Below, in pieces: positions 1-10,782 of a stretch of DNA of 64,000 nucleotides. The number at the start of each line of letters is the position of its first letter. The first letter of the stretch is position 1. The stretch is from Phycisphaeraceae bacterium. Its GTDB lineage: Bacteria; Planctomycetota; Phycisphaerae; Phycisphaerales; Phycisphaeraceae. The stretch lies in the NCBI GenBank assembly GCA_963674705.1, contig OY771506.1:1632001-1696000 (forward strand), given 5' to 3'. A program made the translations under genes and the position numbers. Under the pieces are notes generated by a model that ran no database searches, had not been told where the DNA came from, and saw only the letters and a list, made by a program, of their open reading frames with translations.

Positions 1-78
1 TATTTTATATACGAGGCATGTCTTTGACCGGTCTCAGTTTCATCATAGATCAGAAGCCAACTCGTGAATCTCGGTTAT

Positions 79-765
79 TCACGCCTGGTTTTCCGCCGCC
101 TTGGCGCGGGCGCGGCGGTGGCGAACGATGTCGCCATTGGCCAGGTAGATCACGTCTTTGGCGATGTTCACCGCGTGGTCGGCGAGGCGCTCGATGTGCC
201 GGACGGTGATCTGGATGCGCATCAATTGAGGCAACATATTCACGTCTCGTCGGATGTGCTCCTCGATGATCTGGTAGGACGCGCGGTGCCTGGCGTCGAC
301 CTGGTCGTCCATCGCCCGGACCTCGGCGGCGAGTTCGGCGTCGACCTCGACCAGTGCGTCCAACGCCTTGGTCAACATCTCTTGAGCCAGGCGCGACATT
401 TCGATCATGCCAAACGGCCTGATCTCGATCGCCGGCATGCCCGACAACGCGGCCCCCTGCTCCGCCACATTCGATGCCAGGTCACCGATGCGCTCAAGAT
501 CGTTATTGATCTTCAGCACCGAAACGATGAACCGCAGGTCGTGTGCGACCGGCTGATGCAGCGCCAGCGTCGCCAGGCATTCTTCCTCGATCTCGATCTC
601 GGTCAGGTCGATCTGCATATCCTGGGTAACAACCTGTTCGGCCAGGGCAGCGTCGCGTTCATCGACAGCCTGGATCGCGCGCTGCAGCGCCTGCTCGACC
701 AGCGCGCCCTGCGCGAGGATCATGCGTTTGATTTTCTCGATCTGTTTATTCAGTAATACGGACAT
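79..765 (-). CDS. phoU: Phosphate signalling complex protein PhoU
   Basis: Two PhoU repeats (LALHQPVAHDLR, DLERIGDLASN, IERLADHAVNIA); last gene of the pst operon. Confidence 0.96.
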   Translation of the reverse strand: MSVLLNKQIEKIKRMILAQGALVEQALQRAIQAVDERDAALAEQVVTQDMQIDLTEIEIEEECLATLALHQPVAHDLRFIVSVLKINNDLERIGDLASNVAEQGAALSGMPAIEIRPFGMIEMSRLAQEMLTKALDALVEVDAELAAEVRAMDDQVDARHRASYQIIEEHIRRDVNMLPQLMRIQITVRHIERLADHAVNIAKDVIYLANGDIVRHRRARAKAAENQA

Positions 766-792
766 TCAATCTTTCCAAGCGGCAAGTGTATT

Positions 793-1674
793 TTAGCCGA
801 ATCGACCGGTGATGTAGTTTTCGGTCTGTTCGTTGTCGGGCTTCGTAAAGATCTTCTCGGTCGGACCGAACTCGACGAGGTCGCCCTGGTACATGAAGGC
901 GGAGTAATCCGAAGCGCGGGAAGCCTGCTGCATGTTGTGCGTGACAATGACAATCGTGTAGTCGTTACGCAGCTCGGACATGAGGTCTTCGATGGCGGCG
1001 GTGGAACGCGGGTCCAGCGCCGAGCAGGGCTCGTCCATCAACAGCACGCTCGGGCCCACCGCGATCGCGCGCGCGATACAAAGCCGCTGCTGCTGCCCGC
1101 CCGACAGGCTCAGCGCCGAAGTCTTGAGCCGATCTTTCACTTCATCCCACAGCGCGGCTCGCTTCAGGGAATGCTCCACAACACCCTCCAGCTCAGATCG
1201 CGACATCTTCAGGTGCAGCCTGGGCCCGAATGCGACGTTGTCGTAGATACTCTTGGGAAACGGGTTGGGCTTCTGAAAGACCATGCCCACATGCCGACGC
1301 AGCTCAACGACGTCGGTGTCTTTGGCCAGCAGGTCCTGGCCGTGCAGTTTGAGTATGCCGGTGGCGCGGGCGCTGGGGACAAGGTCATTCATGCGATTGA
1401 TCCACCGCAGGAACGTGCTCTTACCGCAGCCGCTGGGTCCGATGAACGCGGTGACGCGTTTTTCCGGGATCACCATGTTCAGGTTGAGCAAGGCGTGGAA
1501 GTCACCATACCAGGAGTTGAAGTCGGCGACCTCGATCGCTGGCCGAGCGTCATCAACGGGTATGTTTTTGCCGGCCGGTTTACCGGTCGTAACCGCGATG
1601 GCCTGATGTTCTTCGGTTTCGCTGATCTGGTTCATGTCATCAACTTCTTGGGTTGTAGAAATTGTAGCGGTCAT
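793..1674 (-). CDS. pstB: Phosphate ABC transporter ATP-binding protein
   Basis: Walker [44 protein letters not shown]-terminal YITGRFG. Confidence 0.98.
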   Translation of the reverse strand: MTATISTTQEVDDMNQISETEEHQAIAVTTGKPAGKNIPVDDARPAIEVADFNSWYGDFHALLNLNMVIPEKRVTAFIGPSGCGKSTFLRWINRMNDLVPSARATGILKLHGQDLLAKDTDVVELRRHVGMVFQKPNPFPKSIYDNVAFGPRLHLKMSRSELEGVVEHSLKRAALWDEVKDRLKTSALSLSGGQQQRLCIARAIAVGPSVLLMDEPCSALDPRSTAAIEDLMSELRNDYTIVIVTHNMQQASRASDYSAFMYQGDLVEFGPTEKIFTKPDNEQTENYITGRFG

Positions 1675-1692
1675 GGCTGTGTCCTTCGCGAC

Positions 1693-2646
1693 TTAGCGCT
1701 GGAACTTCTGACGGATAACGACAGCGGCGGCGTTGAAGGTCAGCAGGATCGCCATGAGGACAATGATACCGCTGGCCGCGACGTGGTGGAACGCTTCCTG
1801 GGGCCGACCCGCCCAGTCGTAAATCTGAAGCGGCATGGCGGTGAAGTCGTCCATCAGGTGTTCGGGCGTAAACGTGATATAGACGATACCGGCGATAATC
1901 AGGATCGGTGCGGCTTCACCGATGGCCCGGCTCATTGCCAGGATCGTGCCGGTCATGATCCCGGGGACCGCGGAGGGCAACGTCGTGTTCCAGACCATCT
2001 GCCACTTGGTTGCGCCCAGCGCCAACGCTCCGTTACGCAGAGAATTAGGCACCGCACGCAGCGCCTCTTGCGAGGAGATAATGATGATCGGCAAGACCAC
2101 CAGCATCAGGGTCAATCCGCCGGCCAGCACACCGCGACCGAAAGGTATCCGCAGATAGTACCAGTTCTCTGTGGTTCCCAGCGTCCACCATGGATCACCG
2201 CCGGCGCCGAAAAGTTTGAACATCTCGACGAAGGCCGTCAGCCCCAAGATGCCGTACACCACGGAAGGCACACCCGCCAGGTTGGTGATGTTCAGTTGTA
2301 CGAAACCATGCAGCCTGGCGAGGATCGGGTGTTTGGGTTTGAACTCTTCGAGCAGGATAGCCGTGCCGATACCCAGCGGGACGGCAGAAATCGCACAGAC
2401 CAGGCAGATGTAGATCGTGCCGATCATCGCCGGGTAGATGCCGGCCTTGTCGGGCTTACGCGAAGGCACACCGGTCAGCAGTTGCTTGTCCAGGTGGTCC
2501 ATACCCTGAGCCAGGATCGAACCCAGCAGGATGCAGAGTGTGGAGATACAGACCGCCGCTGCGAACAGGCAGATGATGATAAAGAACCGGTCTTTGATAA
2601 CCCGTCGCAGCCGACGTCCGGATTGTGTCTCGTGGATGTCGGTCAT
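1693..2646 (-). CDS. pstA: Phosphate ABC transporter permease PstA
   Basis: NLAGVPSVVYGILG, SRAIGEAAP, EAA-type loop; operon position. Confidence 0.96.
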   Translation of the reverse strand: MTDIHETQSGRRLRRVIKDRFFIIICLFAAAVCISTLCILLGSILAQGMDHLDKQLLTGVPSRKPDKAGIYPAMIGTIYICLVCAISAVPLGIGTAILLEEFKPKHPILARLHGFVQLNITNLAGVPSVVYGILGLTAFVEMFKLFGAGGDPWWTLGTTENWYYLRIPFGRGVLAGGLTLMLVVLPIIIISSQEALRAVPNSLRNGALALGATKWQMVWNTTLPSAVPGIMTGTILAMSRAIGEAAPILIIAGIVYITFTPEHLMDDFTAMPLQIYDWAGRPQEAFHHVAASGIIVLMAILLTFNAAAVVIRQKFQR

Positions 2647-3593
2647 TCGTACACCTGCCTGAACTTGACTCGGATGCGGTGGCCGATCACCGTCAGCGCC
2701 AGGGTCATGAGGAACAGGGTCGCCGCCACCGCGTAGCTTGAGTAGTACTCGGGCCCGAAGTTGCTGGCATCGCCCAGGAAGATCTGAACCATGTACGCGG
2801 TCATAGTCTGAACTTCTTCGCGGGGATCAGCCGTCATCTTCGCGGCGTTGCCGGCGGCCAGCGACACGATCATGGTTTCACCCACGGCACGGGCGATCGC
2901 CAGAAGGAACGCGGCGATGATGCCCGACAGCGCGGCCGGTGTCACCACCTTGACCGAGACTTCAAACCGCGTGGCGCCTAGACCATAGGCCCCTTCTTTC
3001 AGACTTCGGGGCACTGCCCGAAGCGCATCCTCGGAAAGGCTCGTTACGATCGGCAGACACATCACCGCCACCGCCAGACCGGCGCTCGCGGCGTTGTAAA
3101 CATTAAAACCTTCGTGCAGCCATCGCAGGCTGGGGGTGATCACCGTCAAGGCGAAGAAGCCGAACACAACGGTCGGGATACCGGCCAGCACCTCCAGCAC
3201 AGGCTTGATCACCGCTCGCACGCCCGGCCGGGCGTATTCACTGAGCCAGATCGCTGTAATCAAACCCAACGGTAGCGCCACAACCATAGCCACGGCCGTA
3301 ACCAGGAATGTACCGCAGATCAACGGCCAGATGCCGAAGTGCTTCTCAGCGCCCAGCAGCGGATTCCACTGCGTGCCGGTGATAAAATCTACGAACGACA
3401 CTTCATCAAGGCCAAAGAAGTGGATCGTCTCTAGTCCGAGGATAATGATGATGGCAAGCGTTGTGGCGATGGAGAACACACCGCAGCCGATCAGCAAACC
3501 CATGATGCACCATTCGCGAACTCGGCGCACGGTCTTGGACTTGAGCCTACCCACCGGCAGGCTGGTTTGGGATGGTATCGTAGCGCTACTCAT
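2643..3593 (-). CDS. pstC: Phosphate ABC transporter permease PstC
   Basis: LAGIPTVVFGFF, ARAVGETMIV; 4-bp overlap with pstA. Confidence 0.96.
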   Translation of the reverse strand: MSSATIPSQTSLPVGRLKSKTVRRVREWCIMGLLIGCGVFSIATTLAIIIILGLETIHFFGLDEVSFVDFITGTQWNPLLGAEKHFGIWPLICGTFLVTAVAMVVALPLGLITAIWLSEYARPGVRAVIKPVLEVLAGIPTVVFGFFALTVITPSLRWLHEGFNVYNAASAGLAVAVMCLPIVTSLSEDALRAVPRSLKEGAYGLGATRFEVSVKVVTPAALSGIIAAFLLAIARAVGETMIVSLAAGNAAKMTADPREEVQTMTAYMVQIFLGDASNFGPEYYSSYAVAATLFLMTLALTVIGHRIRVKFRQVYE

Positions 3594-3612
3594 ATCACTC
3601 GCTTGAAGTTGG

Positions 3613-3644
3613 AAAACGTGGCGTCCCGGTTGTGGAACGCCACG
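3613..3644 (-). terminator. Stem-loop after pstS (partial terminator or mRNA stabiliser)
   Basis: Minus strand CGTGGCGTTCC-ACAACC-GGGACGCCACG followed by TTTT, in the pstS-pstC gap. Confidence 0.65.
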
Positions 3645-3687
3645 CGAGTATAAAACAAACTGTTAGTCGCGGACCAGGCGTGTCGGC

Positions 3688-4686
3688 TTATTTGTAAACC
3701 TCAGCCAACGGGCCGTGGATCTTTTCGCCGTTCTTATCAAGGAACTGGGTACCGGTCTTGCGGGCGGCATAGTTCTTCTTGGTCAGCTCGATGATCTGGC
3801 TGGGCAGGCGGACGTAGCCGACCTCTTCAGCCAGTTCCGGGCCGTTCTCAAGGTAGAAGTTGACGAAGGCATCGACCTCGGGTCGTTCGGCCGACTTGGT
3901 GTTGATATAGATGAACAACGGACGGCTGAACGGGGCGTAGGTGCCGCCTTCGATGGTGTCCTTGGCGGGCAGGACCGGGCCGTTGCCGCCGTCGATCGCG
4001 ACCGCACGCAGCTTGTCGGTGTTCTCGAAGTAGTAGGCACAGCCGAAGAAGCCGATCGCGCCCTTGTCGCCGGCGACGCCGCGGACCAGGACGTTGTCAT
4101 CTTCGGAAACGCTCATATCCGAGCGGATCGAGCCATCACTACCGGCGACGACTTCCTTGAAGTAGTCGAAGGTGCCCGAATCGGTGCCGGGGGCATAAAT
4201 CTTGATGTCGATGGCCGGGTATGCCGGGTTGACATCCTTCCATGTCTTGACGGTGGTGCCGTCAAGGAAAATCTTCTTCAGATCATCCACGGTCAGCGAC
4301 TTGATGAAGTCGTTGTCGTGATTGACGACGATGGTCAGGCCGTCATAAGCGACGGGGATTTCGATGAACTGAACGCCGTTCTCCACGGCCACGTCCAATT
4401 CTTTTTTCTTGATGGGGCGTGAGGCGTCGGAGATATCGGTTTCACCGACTGAAAAACGCTTGAAGCCGCCACCGGTGCCGGAGATGCCAACGGTCACCCG
4501 CACGTGGCGGTGTTCTGCGCCGAATTCTTCAGCAACAGCTTCGGTGATCGGGTAGACGGTGCTGGAGCCATCGATCTTGACGGCGCCCTTCAGTTCTTCT
4601 GCTTGTGCGCTGCTGTTACCAACGAACAGGCTCAAGGCGGCGGCGATTGCGGCGGCGGCGAGGATGCCGGTGCTGCGACTCAACAT
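3688..4686 (-). CDS. pstS: Phosphate-binding periplasmic protein PstS
   Basis: Signal peptide, [35 protein letters not shown]. Confidence 0.97.
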   Translation of the reverse strand: MLSRSTGILAAAAIAAALSLFVGNSSAQAEELKGAVKIDGSSTVYPITEAVAEEFGAEHRHVRVTVGISGTGGGFKRFSVGETDISDASRPIKKKELDVAVENGVQFIEIPVAYDGLTIVVNHDNDFIKSLTVDDLKKIFLDGTTVKTWKDVNPAYPAIDIKIYAPGTDSGTFDYFKEVVAGSDGSIRSDMSVSEDDNVLVRGVAGDKGAIGFFGCAYYFENTDKLRAVAIDGGNGPVLPAKDTIEGGTYAPFSRPLFIYINTKSAERPEVDAFVNFYLENGPELAEEVGYVRLPSQIIELTKKNYAARKTGTQFLDKNGEKIHGPLAEVYK

Positions 4687-4759
4687 GGTAGGTATCTCCT
4701 GAGAGTGTTTTTGATGTCGGGCGGCAACGGTGAATGCCTGGTGAATGACATCGTTAGGT

Positions 4760-4820
4760 TGTGCAAATGCTATGAAGGGCCGATGAATGAAATGTGAGCA
4801 AACGGTTAGATTTGTGTTAA
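4760..4820 (-). promoter_or_regulatory. Pho-box-like array upstream of pstS
   Basis: Six hexamers at exact 11-bp period on the minus strand: TTAACA, CTAACC, CTCACA, TTCATC, TTCATA, TGCACA. Confidence 0.75.
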
Positions 4821-4846
4821 CATCTTAAGACTTTATTTTGCAGGCG

Positions 4847-6187
4847 TTAACAGCCTGGAAGATGGATCCGGAACGTGCTTCCACTACCCGGAACGCTGTC
4901 CACGCTAACGCGGCCGCCATGAACTTCCGCCACATGTTTAACAATCGACAGCCCCAGACCCGTGCCGCCAAGCTCCCGGCTACGCGCCTTATCCGTGCGG
5001 TAAAACCGCTCGAAAATCCGCGGCAGGTGCTTGGCTTCAATGCCCCGACCCTGATCGGTCACCGTCAGTAGCGCCTCGCCTTCTGAGACTTCGCACGTTA
5101 CCAGAACCGACGTGCCGGGATCGCTGTACTTGATCGCGTTGTCCACCAGGTTGACTACCGCCTGGGTCAATAGTTGTTCGTTCACGCGAGATTGAACCTG
5201 CCGGTCGCATTCACTTTCCACATGAATGCCTTTGGCGTCCGCTCCCGATTGACAGGTCTCCATCGCTGCGCCCACGATCACCCACAGCGGTATCGGCTTA
5301 ATATCTGACAGCGCCGATTCATTGTCCTGCTCAATCCGGGCAAGACTTAACAAGTCATCCACAATCGCAGCTAAACGATCGGCCTGTCTTGAGATCATCT
5401 CCAGGAACCGTTTGGTGTCCGGATCATCATCCGTCGCGATTTCCCGCAAGGTTTCCACCGCGGCCTTGATCGCGCTGACCGGGGTTTTCACCTCGTGCGA
5501 CACGTTGCTGACAAAATCTCTGCGGACCGATTCAAGCCGTCGCAACTGCGATACGTCGTGCAGCACCAGCACCAGGCCGATGTGCCTGTCGTCTTCATCG
5601 CGAAGGATCGCGCTTTGCAGTTGGATAACACGGGGAGTGGTCTTGCCACAACTTGTCGTTTCCGGCCGGGTGAGTGTCATTTCACCGGCGACAGAGTTAT
5701 CCTCTTTCAGAGACCTGCGTATCACATCATGCAGGTCGGCGTTCCGCACCACCTCGTAGACACTGCGGCCGATCGAACCGACCGGGTCCAGCTTCAGCAT
5801 TTCCGTCGCCGCCGGGTTCAGGCTCAGGATGTTCTGGTCGCGATCGATCGCGATCACACCCTCGACCATCGAGCCATGCACCGCCCCCAGCTCATTACGG
5901 TGGCGAATCACGCTGGAGAGCCGGTCCGCCAGTTGCGATGCCATGGTATTCAGCGATTCCGCCAGTTCCGCCAGTTGCAACGGCCCACGGATCGTGATCC
6001 GCTTGCGAAGGTCACCGGCGGCAAAGCGTTCGGCGCCCTGGCGCAATTCGCGGATCGATCGGCTTATCAACATCAGGATAAACAGCATGACTCCGGCAAA
6101 GATCGCTGCGCCGATCAATACCGCGACGGTGCCGGCGTTGCCGGTGTACTCCGCCAGGATGTAAGCCATGAGTAATGTATGCATCAT
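4847..6187 (-). CDS. phoR: Sensor histidine kinase PhoR (HAMP-PAS-HisKA-HATPase)
   Basis: RRDFVSNVSHEVKTP, NLVDNAIKY, FERFYRTDKARSRELGGTGLGLSIVKH; adjacent to pst. Confidence 0.92.
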   Translation of the reverse strand: MMHTLLMAYILAEYTGNAGTVAVLIGAAIFAGVMLFILMLISRSIRELRQGAERFAAGDLRKRITIRGPLQLAELAESLNTMASQLADRLSSVIRHRNELGAVHGSMVEGVIAIDRDQNILSLNPAATEMLKLDPVGSIGRSVYEVVRNADLHDVIRRSLKEDNSVAGEMTLTRPETTSCGKTTPRVIQLQSAILRDEDDRHIGLVLVLHDVSQLRRLESVRRDFVSNVSHEVKTPVSAIKAAVETLREIATDDDPDTKRFLEMISRQADRLAAIVDDLLSLARIEQDNESALSDIKPIPLWVIVGAAMETCQSGADAKGIHVESECDRQVQSRVNEQLLTQAVVNLVDNAIKYSDPGTSVLVTCEVSEGEALLTVTDQGRGIEAKHLPRIFERFYRTDKARSRELGGTGLGLSIVKHVAEVHGGRVSVDSVPGSGSTFRIHLPGC

Positions 6188-6247
6188 CGAATATCCGCGC
6201 AGCGGACCAAGCTAGGCAATTATAAGTGTTTGCCCGGAAAGAGGTAA

Positions 6248-6955
6248 TCAGGCATTATTTTCGCTGAATCGATACCCCACGCCGCGCACGGTCTGGACTT
6301 GCCTGCCCACCGTACCAAGTTTGCGACGAAGCGACACGACTTGAACATCCACCGAACGATCGGTGACCGCCGCGAAACCATCATGGATCGATTCAATAAT
6401 CTGCTGCCGCGTATAGACACGACCGGGACGCGACATCAGAAGTTTCAGCAGGTTGAATTCCGTGGCCGTCAGGTCCACCACCTTGCTATCAGCGGTGACC
6501 TCGTGGCGCTCGGGGTCGAGCTTCACGCCGCCCGTCTCCACCACCCCCGATCCTCCGCCTGCTTCAGCGCGACGTAAGACCGCATTAATCCGCGCCAGCA
6601 GCACCTTCGGACTGAACGGCTTGGTGATGTAATCGTCCGCGCCGGCTTCCAGGCCCTTGACGATGTCGGCCTCTTCACCCTTGGCGGTCAACATGATCAC
6701 CGGTACGTCGCTGGTCTGGTCATTACTACGCAGCGCACGACACACCGACAATCCATCGATCGTCGGCAGCATCAGGTCCAGCACGATCAGGTCCGGACGC
6801 TGTTGGCGTACCAAACGGATCGCATCCTCGCCGTTCTCTGCTGTGCGGACTGTAAAACCCTCCCGCGAAAGACTGAAACGCAGAACCTCGAGCAGGTCCT
6901 GCTCATCTTCAACAACCAGCAACGAAGGCTGACGACTCGCGGCGTTGGATTTCAT
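6248..6955 (-). CDS. phoB: OmpR/PhoB-family response regulator
   Basis: Receiver domain (VVEDE, LDLMLP, DDYITKPF) plus winged helix (TVRGVGYRF); context phoR-pst. Confidence 0.9.
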   Translation of the reverse strand: MKSNAASRQPSLLVVEDEQDLLEVLRFSLSREGFTVRTAENGEDAIRLVRQQRPDLIVLDLMLPTIDGLSVCRALRSNDQTSDVPVIMLTAKGEEADIVKGLEAGADDYITKPFSPKVLLARINAVLRRAEAGGGSGVVETGGVKLDPERHEVTADSKVVDLTATEFNLLKLLMSRPGRVYTRQQIIESIHDGFAAVTDRSVDVQVVSLRRKLGTVGRQVQTVRGVGYRFSENNA

Positions 6956-7084
6956 GGCAATCGAAGGCCTTTACGATGGTGAGGGTCCCGTTTCTTCCGC
7001 ATTTCGTTAACTCACCATTCGCTAACAATGCGGCGGAACCCCTGCTATTCCTTTAAACACTTGTGCGGTAAGGTAATGTCGGAT

Positions 7085-7132
7085 CGTGAGTACGCGGTCA
7101 GCAAATTGTTAATTAAATGTTAAGAATGTTAA
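7085..7132 (-). promoter_or_regulatory. Pho-box-like array upstream of phoB (probable autoregulation)
   Basis: Minus strand TTAACA, TTAACA, CTGACC, CTCACG at 11-bp period, plus an extra TTAACA 9 bp upstream. Confidence 0.7.
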
Positions 7133-7161
7133 GACCCTCGATTATAGACCATAAACCGCGA

Positions 7162-9402
7162 TCACGGTGCATACCTCAAGGCTCGCCCGTCCGGATATAA
7201 CGCCAGGACACTCATGCTCGGCAGGTCGTACCCGTCGATGCTGAATGACTCATCCTGAAAGTTCGCCAGGATCCGCGTGCCGTCCTCGAACGTGGTCTGC
7301 TGGACTGTCCGCCCCTCATTCAACCACTGGAAACCCGTCATCGGCTTCAATCCCAGTTCACGATGCAGCGGGCTGAAGAACGCGTAGTGCTTAAGGATGT
7401 GTTCACGGTGTTTCTTCCACTGGGCATGGTTCAGGTGGTACAACGGCGGGACGTTATATAGTTGCTCCAGCAGTGCGACCGCCGCGATCTGGTCCTCGAA
7501 CTTCAGGCTCGCGTTGCCCCAGTGATGCGTCGTCACGAGTGAATCATGGAATGCCGCCTGGTACAACGGCAGCCTATAGCGTGGATCGTAAAAGAACTTC
7601 TTGAACTTGGGCTTGAGAGGGACCTGTTTGATAAAGATGCCCGGGCCTTGAGGCGGCCAGTAGGCGCCGGTGAAGTAAGGCGAGTTCTTGTCGCGCATGT
7701 CGGCATCGCCCCATCCGATGACGGGGCTCAGCATGCCATGGGCGAAGTGGATCGCCGAGGCGGCGCAGGCGTTGCCCCCTTCGCTGCCGACGACCAGGCC
7801 GTGAACATTGCTCAGCCAGTTAAGCCGATCCAGCCGCTCGTTCAGGTCGTCCTGCTTCGTGGCGGTGTGATCCGGGCTGTAGTCATCGAAGTATTGGCCG
7901 AACGCATCACAGTCCACGAATACCGCAGTGTAGGGGACGCGCGACATGTAATCGTTCACACGCTTTTCGACGTATGGCCTCGCTGCCAACGGGCTCAGGA
8001 GGTAGCCGACCTTCTTGAATCCCGCCCTCTTCGTGCCATCCGCCTTCACAATCGGGCCGGTCTCGAATAGCTCGGGCGGGAACTGCGCGGTCTCCCACGT
8101 GTTATCCGCATCGTAATCCGGGTGCCCCACCGGCGGGTGGATGCTGTGGTACGCATCGTAAGGCCCGAACAGATAGCCCAACTCATCCGCTCTCGCCGCG
8201 ACCTGCGGCTTCGACTCGGCAGTACTCAGATCGCCCAGGCACAACACCATCCGATCAAGCCCGGCATCCTGTAAAACATCTAACATCTTTATCGAGATGC
8301 CATCCCCCCACTTCTCGTATGGCAGAACCAGCCCCTCGTAATGCTTACAGAATCCGCCCAGCACGACCACGCGCGGATCGCCGTCCGCCAGATGCTTCAT
8401 CCTCTTTTCCAGAAACGCGCTGATCTGTGTCGCCACCACACTCTTCGGATACATGCCCGGCCACTTCTCTTCAGCAAGCTGTTTCACCGACTTGCGAGCT
8501 TCATCATCAAGCGACTGCCAGATCGCGGAGCCTGATGAATCTGCCCCACCCTCCCCTTCTTCGATGAGTTTCGCAGCGAATGCTTTCCAGTCCGTCACGT
8601 CCATGTGGCTGAACACGCCATGATCCCACAGGTACGCTTGCGCCGCGCCGAGTAGACGCTCCGCATGTGGATTCGCTTCGATCTTCTCTTTAAACGAAAC
8701 AAACTCGCCGCGCTCTTCCAGGTACCGTCGATACGCCTTGGCCGGCTCGATCGGCGACGCATCACCCAACTCGACAATCACGCTGTATTCCATCGTCTTC
8801 CAGTTCGGCATGAACCTGTGCGTTACCGACACGTCCGCCATACCGCCTCTACCGGCTGTGAAGTCGACTTGATTATCAAACATGTTGCCGATGATGTACG
8901 TCAGCGTCCGATCGCCGAGATCAAACCCAACAAACGGCATCGAAAGGTCGGCCGTAGTATCAAGCGGTTCATGCTCGATCAGGTGTTGCATCCACTCGTC
9001 ATCATCGGCCGGTGCGTACACCCCCTCGAACATCGGGAGGATGTAACCCTTGACCGCTTTGTCCGTGTTAACGATCGGCCAGGTTACTTCGCCCGGCTTG
9101 GTGGACTTGAAGTGAACTGTGAGCTGCTTGCCCGCCAACTCGGCCGTGACCATCCACCCCCGCTCGGGTAAAGCAAACAACATGGACTTGGTATCCGATG
9201 TAATCACACGCGACACCCCCAGACCATCCTGCGGCGAAGAAATCTCTATCGACTGACCATCATGATCCGTCAGCACAACCCCCAGTGTTGCCGGATCGAT
9301 CTCGACCTTGTAGTCGTCTGATCGCAACACGACCTGTCCAAGCACCAACGTCGGCCCGAATACCACGAGACACAAACATATCGCGATAACTTGTCGGATC
9401 AT
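7162..9402 (-). CDS. Secreted putative glycoside hydrolase (GH129/GHL-like)
   Basis: Signal peptide from ATG 9402 (MIRQVIAICLC); LFGPYDAYHSIH, WETAQF, VFVDCDA, GSEGG, RLPLYQ motifs. The longer ORF start at 9492 lies inside a repeat. Confidence 0.65.
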   Translation of the reverse strand: MIRQVIAICLCLVVFGPTLVLGQVVLRSDDYKVEIDPATLGVVLTDHDGQSIEISSPQDGLGVSRVITSDTKSMLFALPERGWMVTAELAGKQLTVHFKSTKPGEVTWPIVNTDKAVKGYILPMFEGVYAPADDDEWMQHLIEHEPLDTTADLSMPFVGFDLGDRTLTYIIGNMFDNQVDFTAGRGGMADVSVTHRFMPNWKTMEYSVIVELGDASPIEPAKAYRRYLEERGEFVSFKEKIEANPHAERLLGAAQAYLWDHGVFSHMDVTDWKAFAAKLIEEGEGGADSSGSAIWQSLDDEARKSVKQLAEEKWPGMYPKSVVATQISAFLEKRMKHLADGDPRVVVLGGFCKHYEGLVLPYEKWGDGISIKMLDVLQDAGLDRMVLCLGDLSTAESKPQVAARADELGYLFGPYDAYHSIHPPVGHPDYDADNTWETAQFPPELFETGPIVKADGTKRAGFKKVGYLLSPLAARPYVEKRVNDYMSRVPYTAVFVDCDAFGQYFDDYSPDHTATKQDDLNERLDRLNWLSNVHGLVVGSEGGNACAASAIHFAHGMLSPVIGWGDADMRDKNSPYFTGAYWPPQGPGIFIKQVPLKPKFKKFFYDPRYRLPLYQAAFHDSLVTTHHWGNASLKFEDQIAAVALLEQLYNVPPLYHLNHAQWKKHREHILKHYAFFSPLHRELGLKPMTGFQWLNEGRTVQQTTFEDGTRILANFQDESFSIDGYDLPSMSVLALYPDGRALRYAP

Positions 9403-9423
9403 TTGATTCACTTTCAACTTAGT

Positions 9424-9556
9424 AGCCACAAAAAAACACAGAATCCACAAAAGGATCGCCCCCTCAAACACATAAGCATAACTTCCATGCACAGATTAAA
9501 CCGAGCAGGAAACCATGAACCAGCCCATTTTGTGTATTTTGTGTTTTTCCGTGGCT
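9424..9556. mobile_element. MITE-like element family A, copy 1 (about 133 bp)
   Basis: Imperfect terminal inverted repeats built of roughly 9-mers (AGCCACAAAAAAACACAGAATCCACAAAA ... TTTTGTGTATTTTGTGTTTTTCCGTGGCT); core shared with 10783-10912. Confidence 0.75.
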
Positions 9557-9585
9557 AAGAAATCAGAATTGAATGTGTGCCCGCT

Positions 9586-10200
9586 TCATCGCTCCGCCAG
9601 CGCCAGCTTCACCGCGAGCAATCCGAACGCTCCCGCGAAGCTTCTGCGTAGCCACGTCATCACGCCCGGCCGACTGATCACGTGGTCCCGCGCCGCGGAT
9701 GCACACGCGCCGTACCCGATGAACACGATCAACGTCAGCCCCATGAACACCGCTGCCAGTAAAAGCATGTGCATCGTCGGATGACTCACGCTACCGGGAA
9801 TAAACTGCGGCAAGAATGCCAGGAAAAACAGCGACAGCTTCGGGTTCAATACGTTTAGCAGGATGCCATCTCGGATGAGTTTGATCGATGTCGACCGCGT
9901 CTTCTGCTCCGGCACCTGTAGCGCCCCGCTCTGACGCAGCATCGCCCATGCCATATACAACAGGTAAATCACACCCAGATACTTCACCACCACAAATGCC
10001 ATCGCACTGGTATGCAGCAACGCCGCAAGCCCGACGATGCTCGCAATGATGTGCGGCACGATCCCAAACGTACACCCCACCGCCGCCACCACGCTCGCCC
10101 TGAATCCCTGTCCAAGCCCGATCGCCAACGTATACAACACCCCCGTCCCCGGCACGAGGACCACGATCAGCGAGGTTAGGAGGAATTCGTAGGACATCAA
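9586..10200 (-). CDS. LysE-family translocator
   Basis: VLVPGTG, KYLGVIYLLYMA, LNVLNPKLSLFFLAFLPQF. Confidence 0.93.
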   Translation of the reverse strand: MMSYEFLLTSLIVVLVPGTGVLYTLAIGLGQGFRASVVAAVGCTFGIVPHIIASIVGLAALLHTSAMAFVVVKYLGVIYLLYMAWAMLRQSGALQVPEQKTRSTSIKLIRDGILLNVLNPKLSLFFLAFLPQFIPGSVSHPTMHMLLLAAVFMGLTLIVFIGYGACASAARDHVISRPGVMTWLRRSFAGAFGLLAVKLALAER

Positions 10201-10240
10201 AGAATCACCATATTGAGACGCTTCATATTGTAGTGAAATT

Positions 10241-10300
10241 AGCCATAAAAAAGCACAGAATCCACAAAAGGGGCTGGGGTCTAGGGACTGGGGTCTGGTC
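10241..10300. repeat. Solo left arm of family A followed by GGGGTCT-like heptamers
   Basis: AGCCATAAAAAAGCACAGAATCCACAAAAG then GGGCTGGGGTCTAGGGACTGGGGTCTGG. Confidence 0.6.
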
Positions 10301-10305
10301 AGATA

Positions 10306-10695
10306 TCATGACTTGGCAGAGGTAGACCCGTCAGACGACTGGTTATGACAAAACCACCAGTAACCACGACGGGCAGATTCGATTAAATCCGTAACTGTAA
10401 TCGGTATCAGCCCTGCCCTTTCCTCGGGTGTTGTACGGCTGAAGGGTTGATTAAATAAACCAAGGATCAAAGAGAAAAAAGTGGGCGGGAGTTCCGGACC
10501 AAAATGTTGGTCTACCCGGCAATGACGCATGTCAATACTGAACTTTCGGGCAAACTCTTCAAGAATCTCATCACCATCCATTCCATCAACACCCAGATCG
10601 CCAAAGAGTGTGGATGATTCGTTGATGCGATCTATCGGAATCCCGGTAAAGTCGGAAACAAAGCTGATGACTTTCTGGGATAGTGAATCCATCAT
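10306..10695 (-). CDS. DUF1493-like protein (ACP-like fold), low GC
   Basis: LFGDLGVDGMDGDEILEEFARKFSIDM and PITVTDLIESARRGYW motifs. Confidence 0.75.
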   Translation of the reverse strand: MMDSLSQKVISFVSDFTGIPIDRINESSTLFGDLGVDGMDGDEILEEFARKFSIDMRHCRVDQHFGPELPPTFFSLILGLFNQPFSRTTPEERAGLIPITVTDLIESARRGYWWFCHNQSSDGSTSAKS

Positions 10696-10782
10696 CCAAC
10701 CAATCAGAATGAAGAAGGCTTCGCCTGCCAATTATACACGAACAATATTAACGCCAGCCATACCATATAAGAGTGCTTAATC

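Noticed and set aside
937..2736. 599-aa plus-strand ORF and similar long antisense ORFs (e.g. 19846-20871, 50615-51646, 62735-63874)
   Set aside because: Shadow frames opposite well-supported genes in high-GC DNA; no recognisable motifs.
9403..9492. N-terminal extensions in the ORF track (GH, gspD, dut, hoxW, prepilin)
   Set aside because: They overlap repeats or upstream genes; downstream starts have a better RBS or signal peptide.
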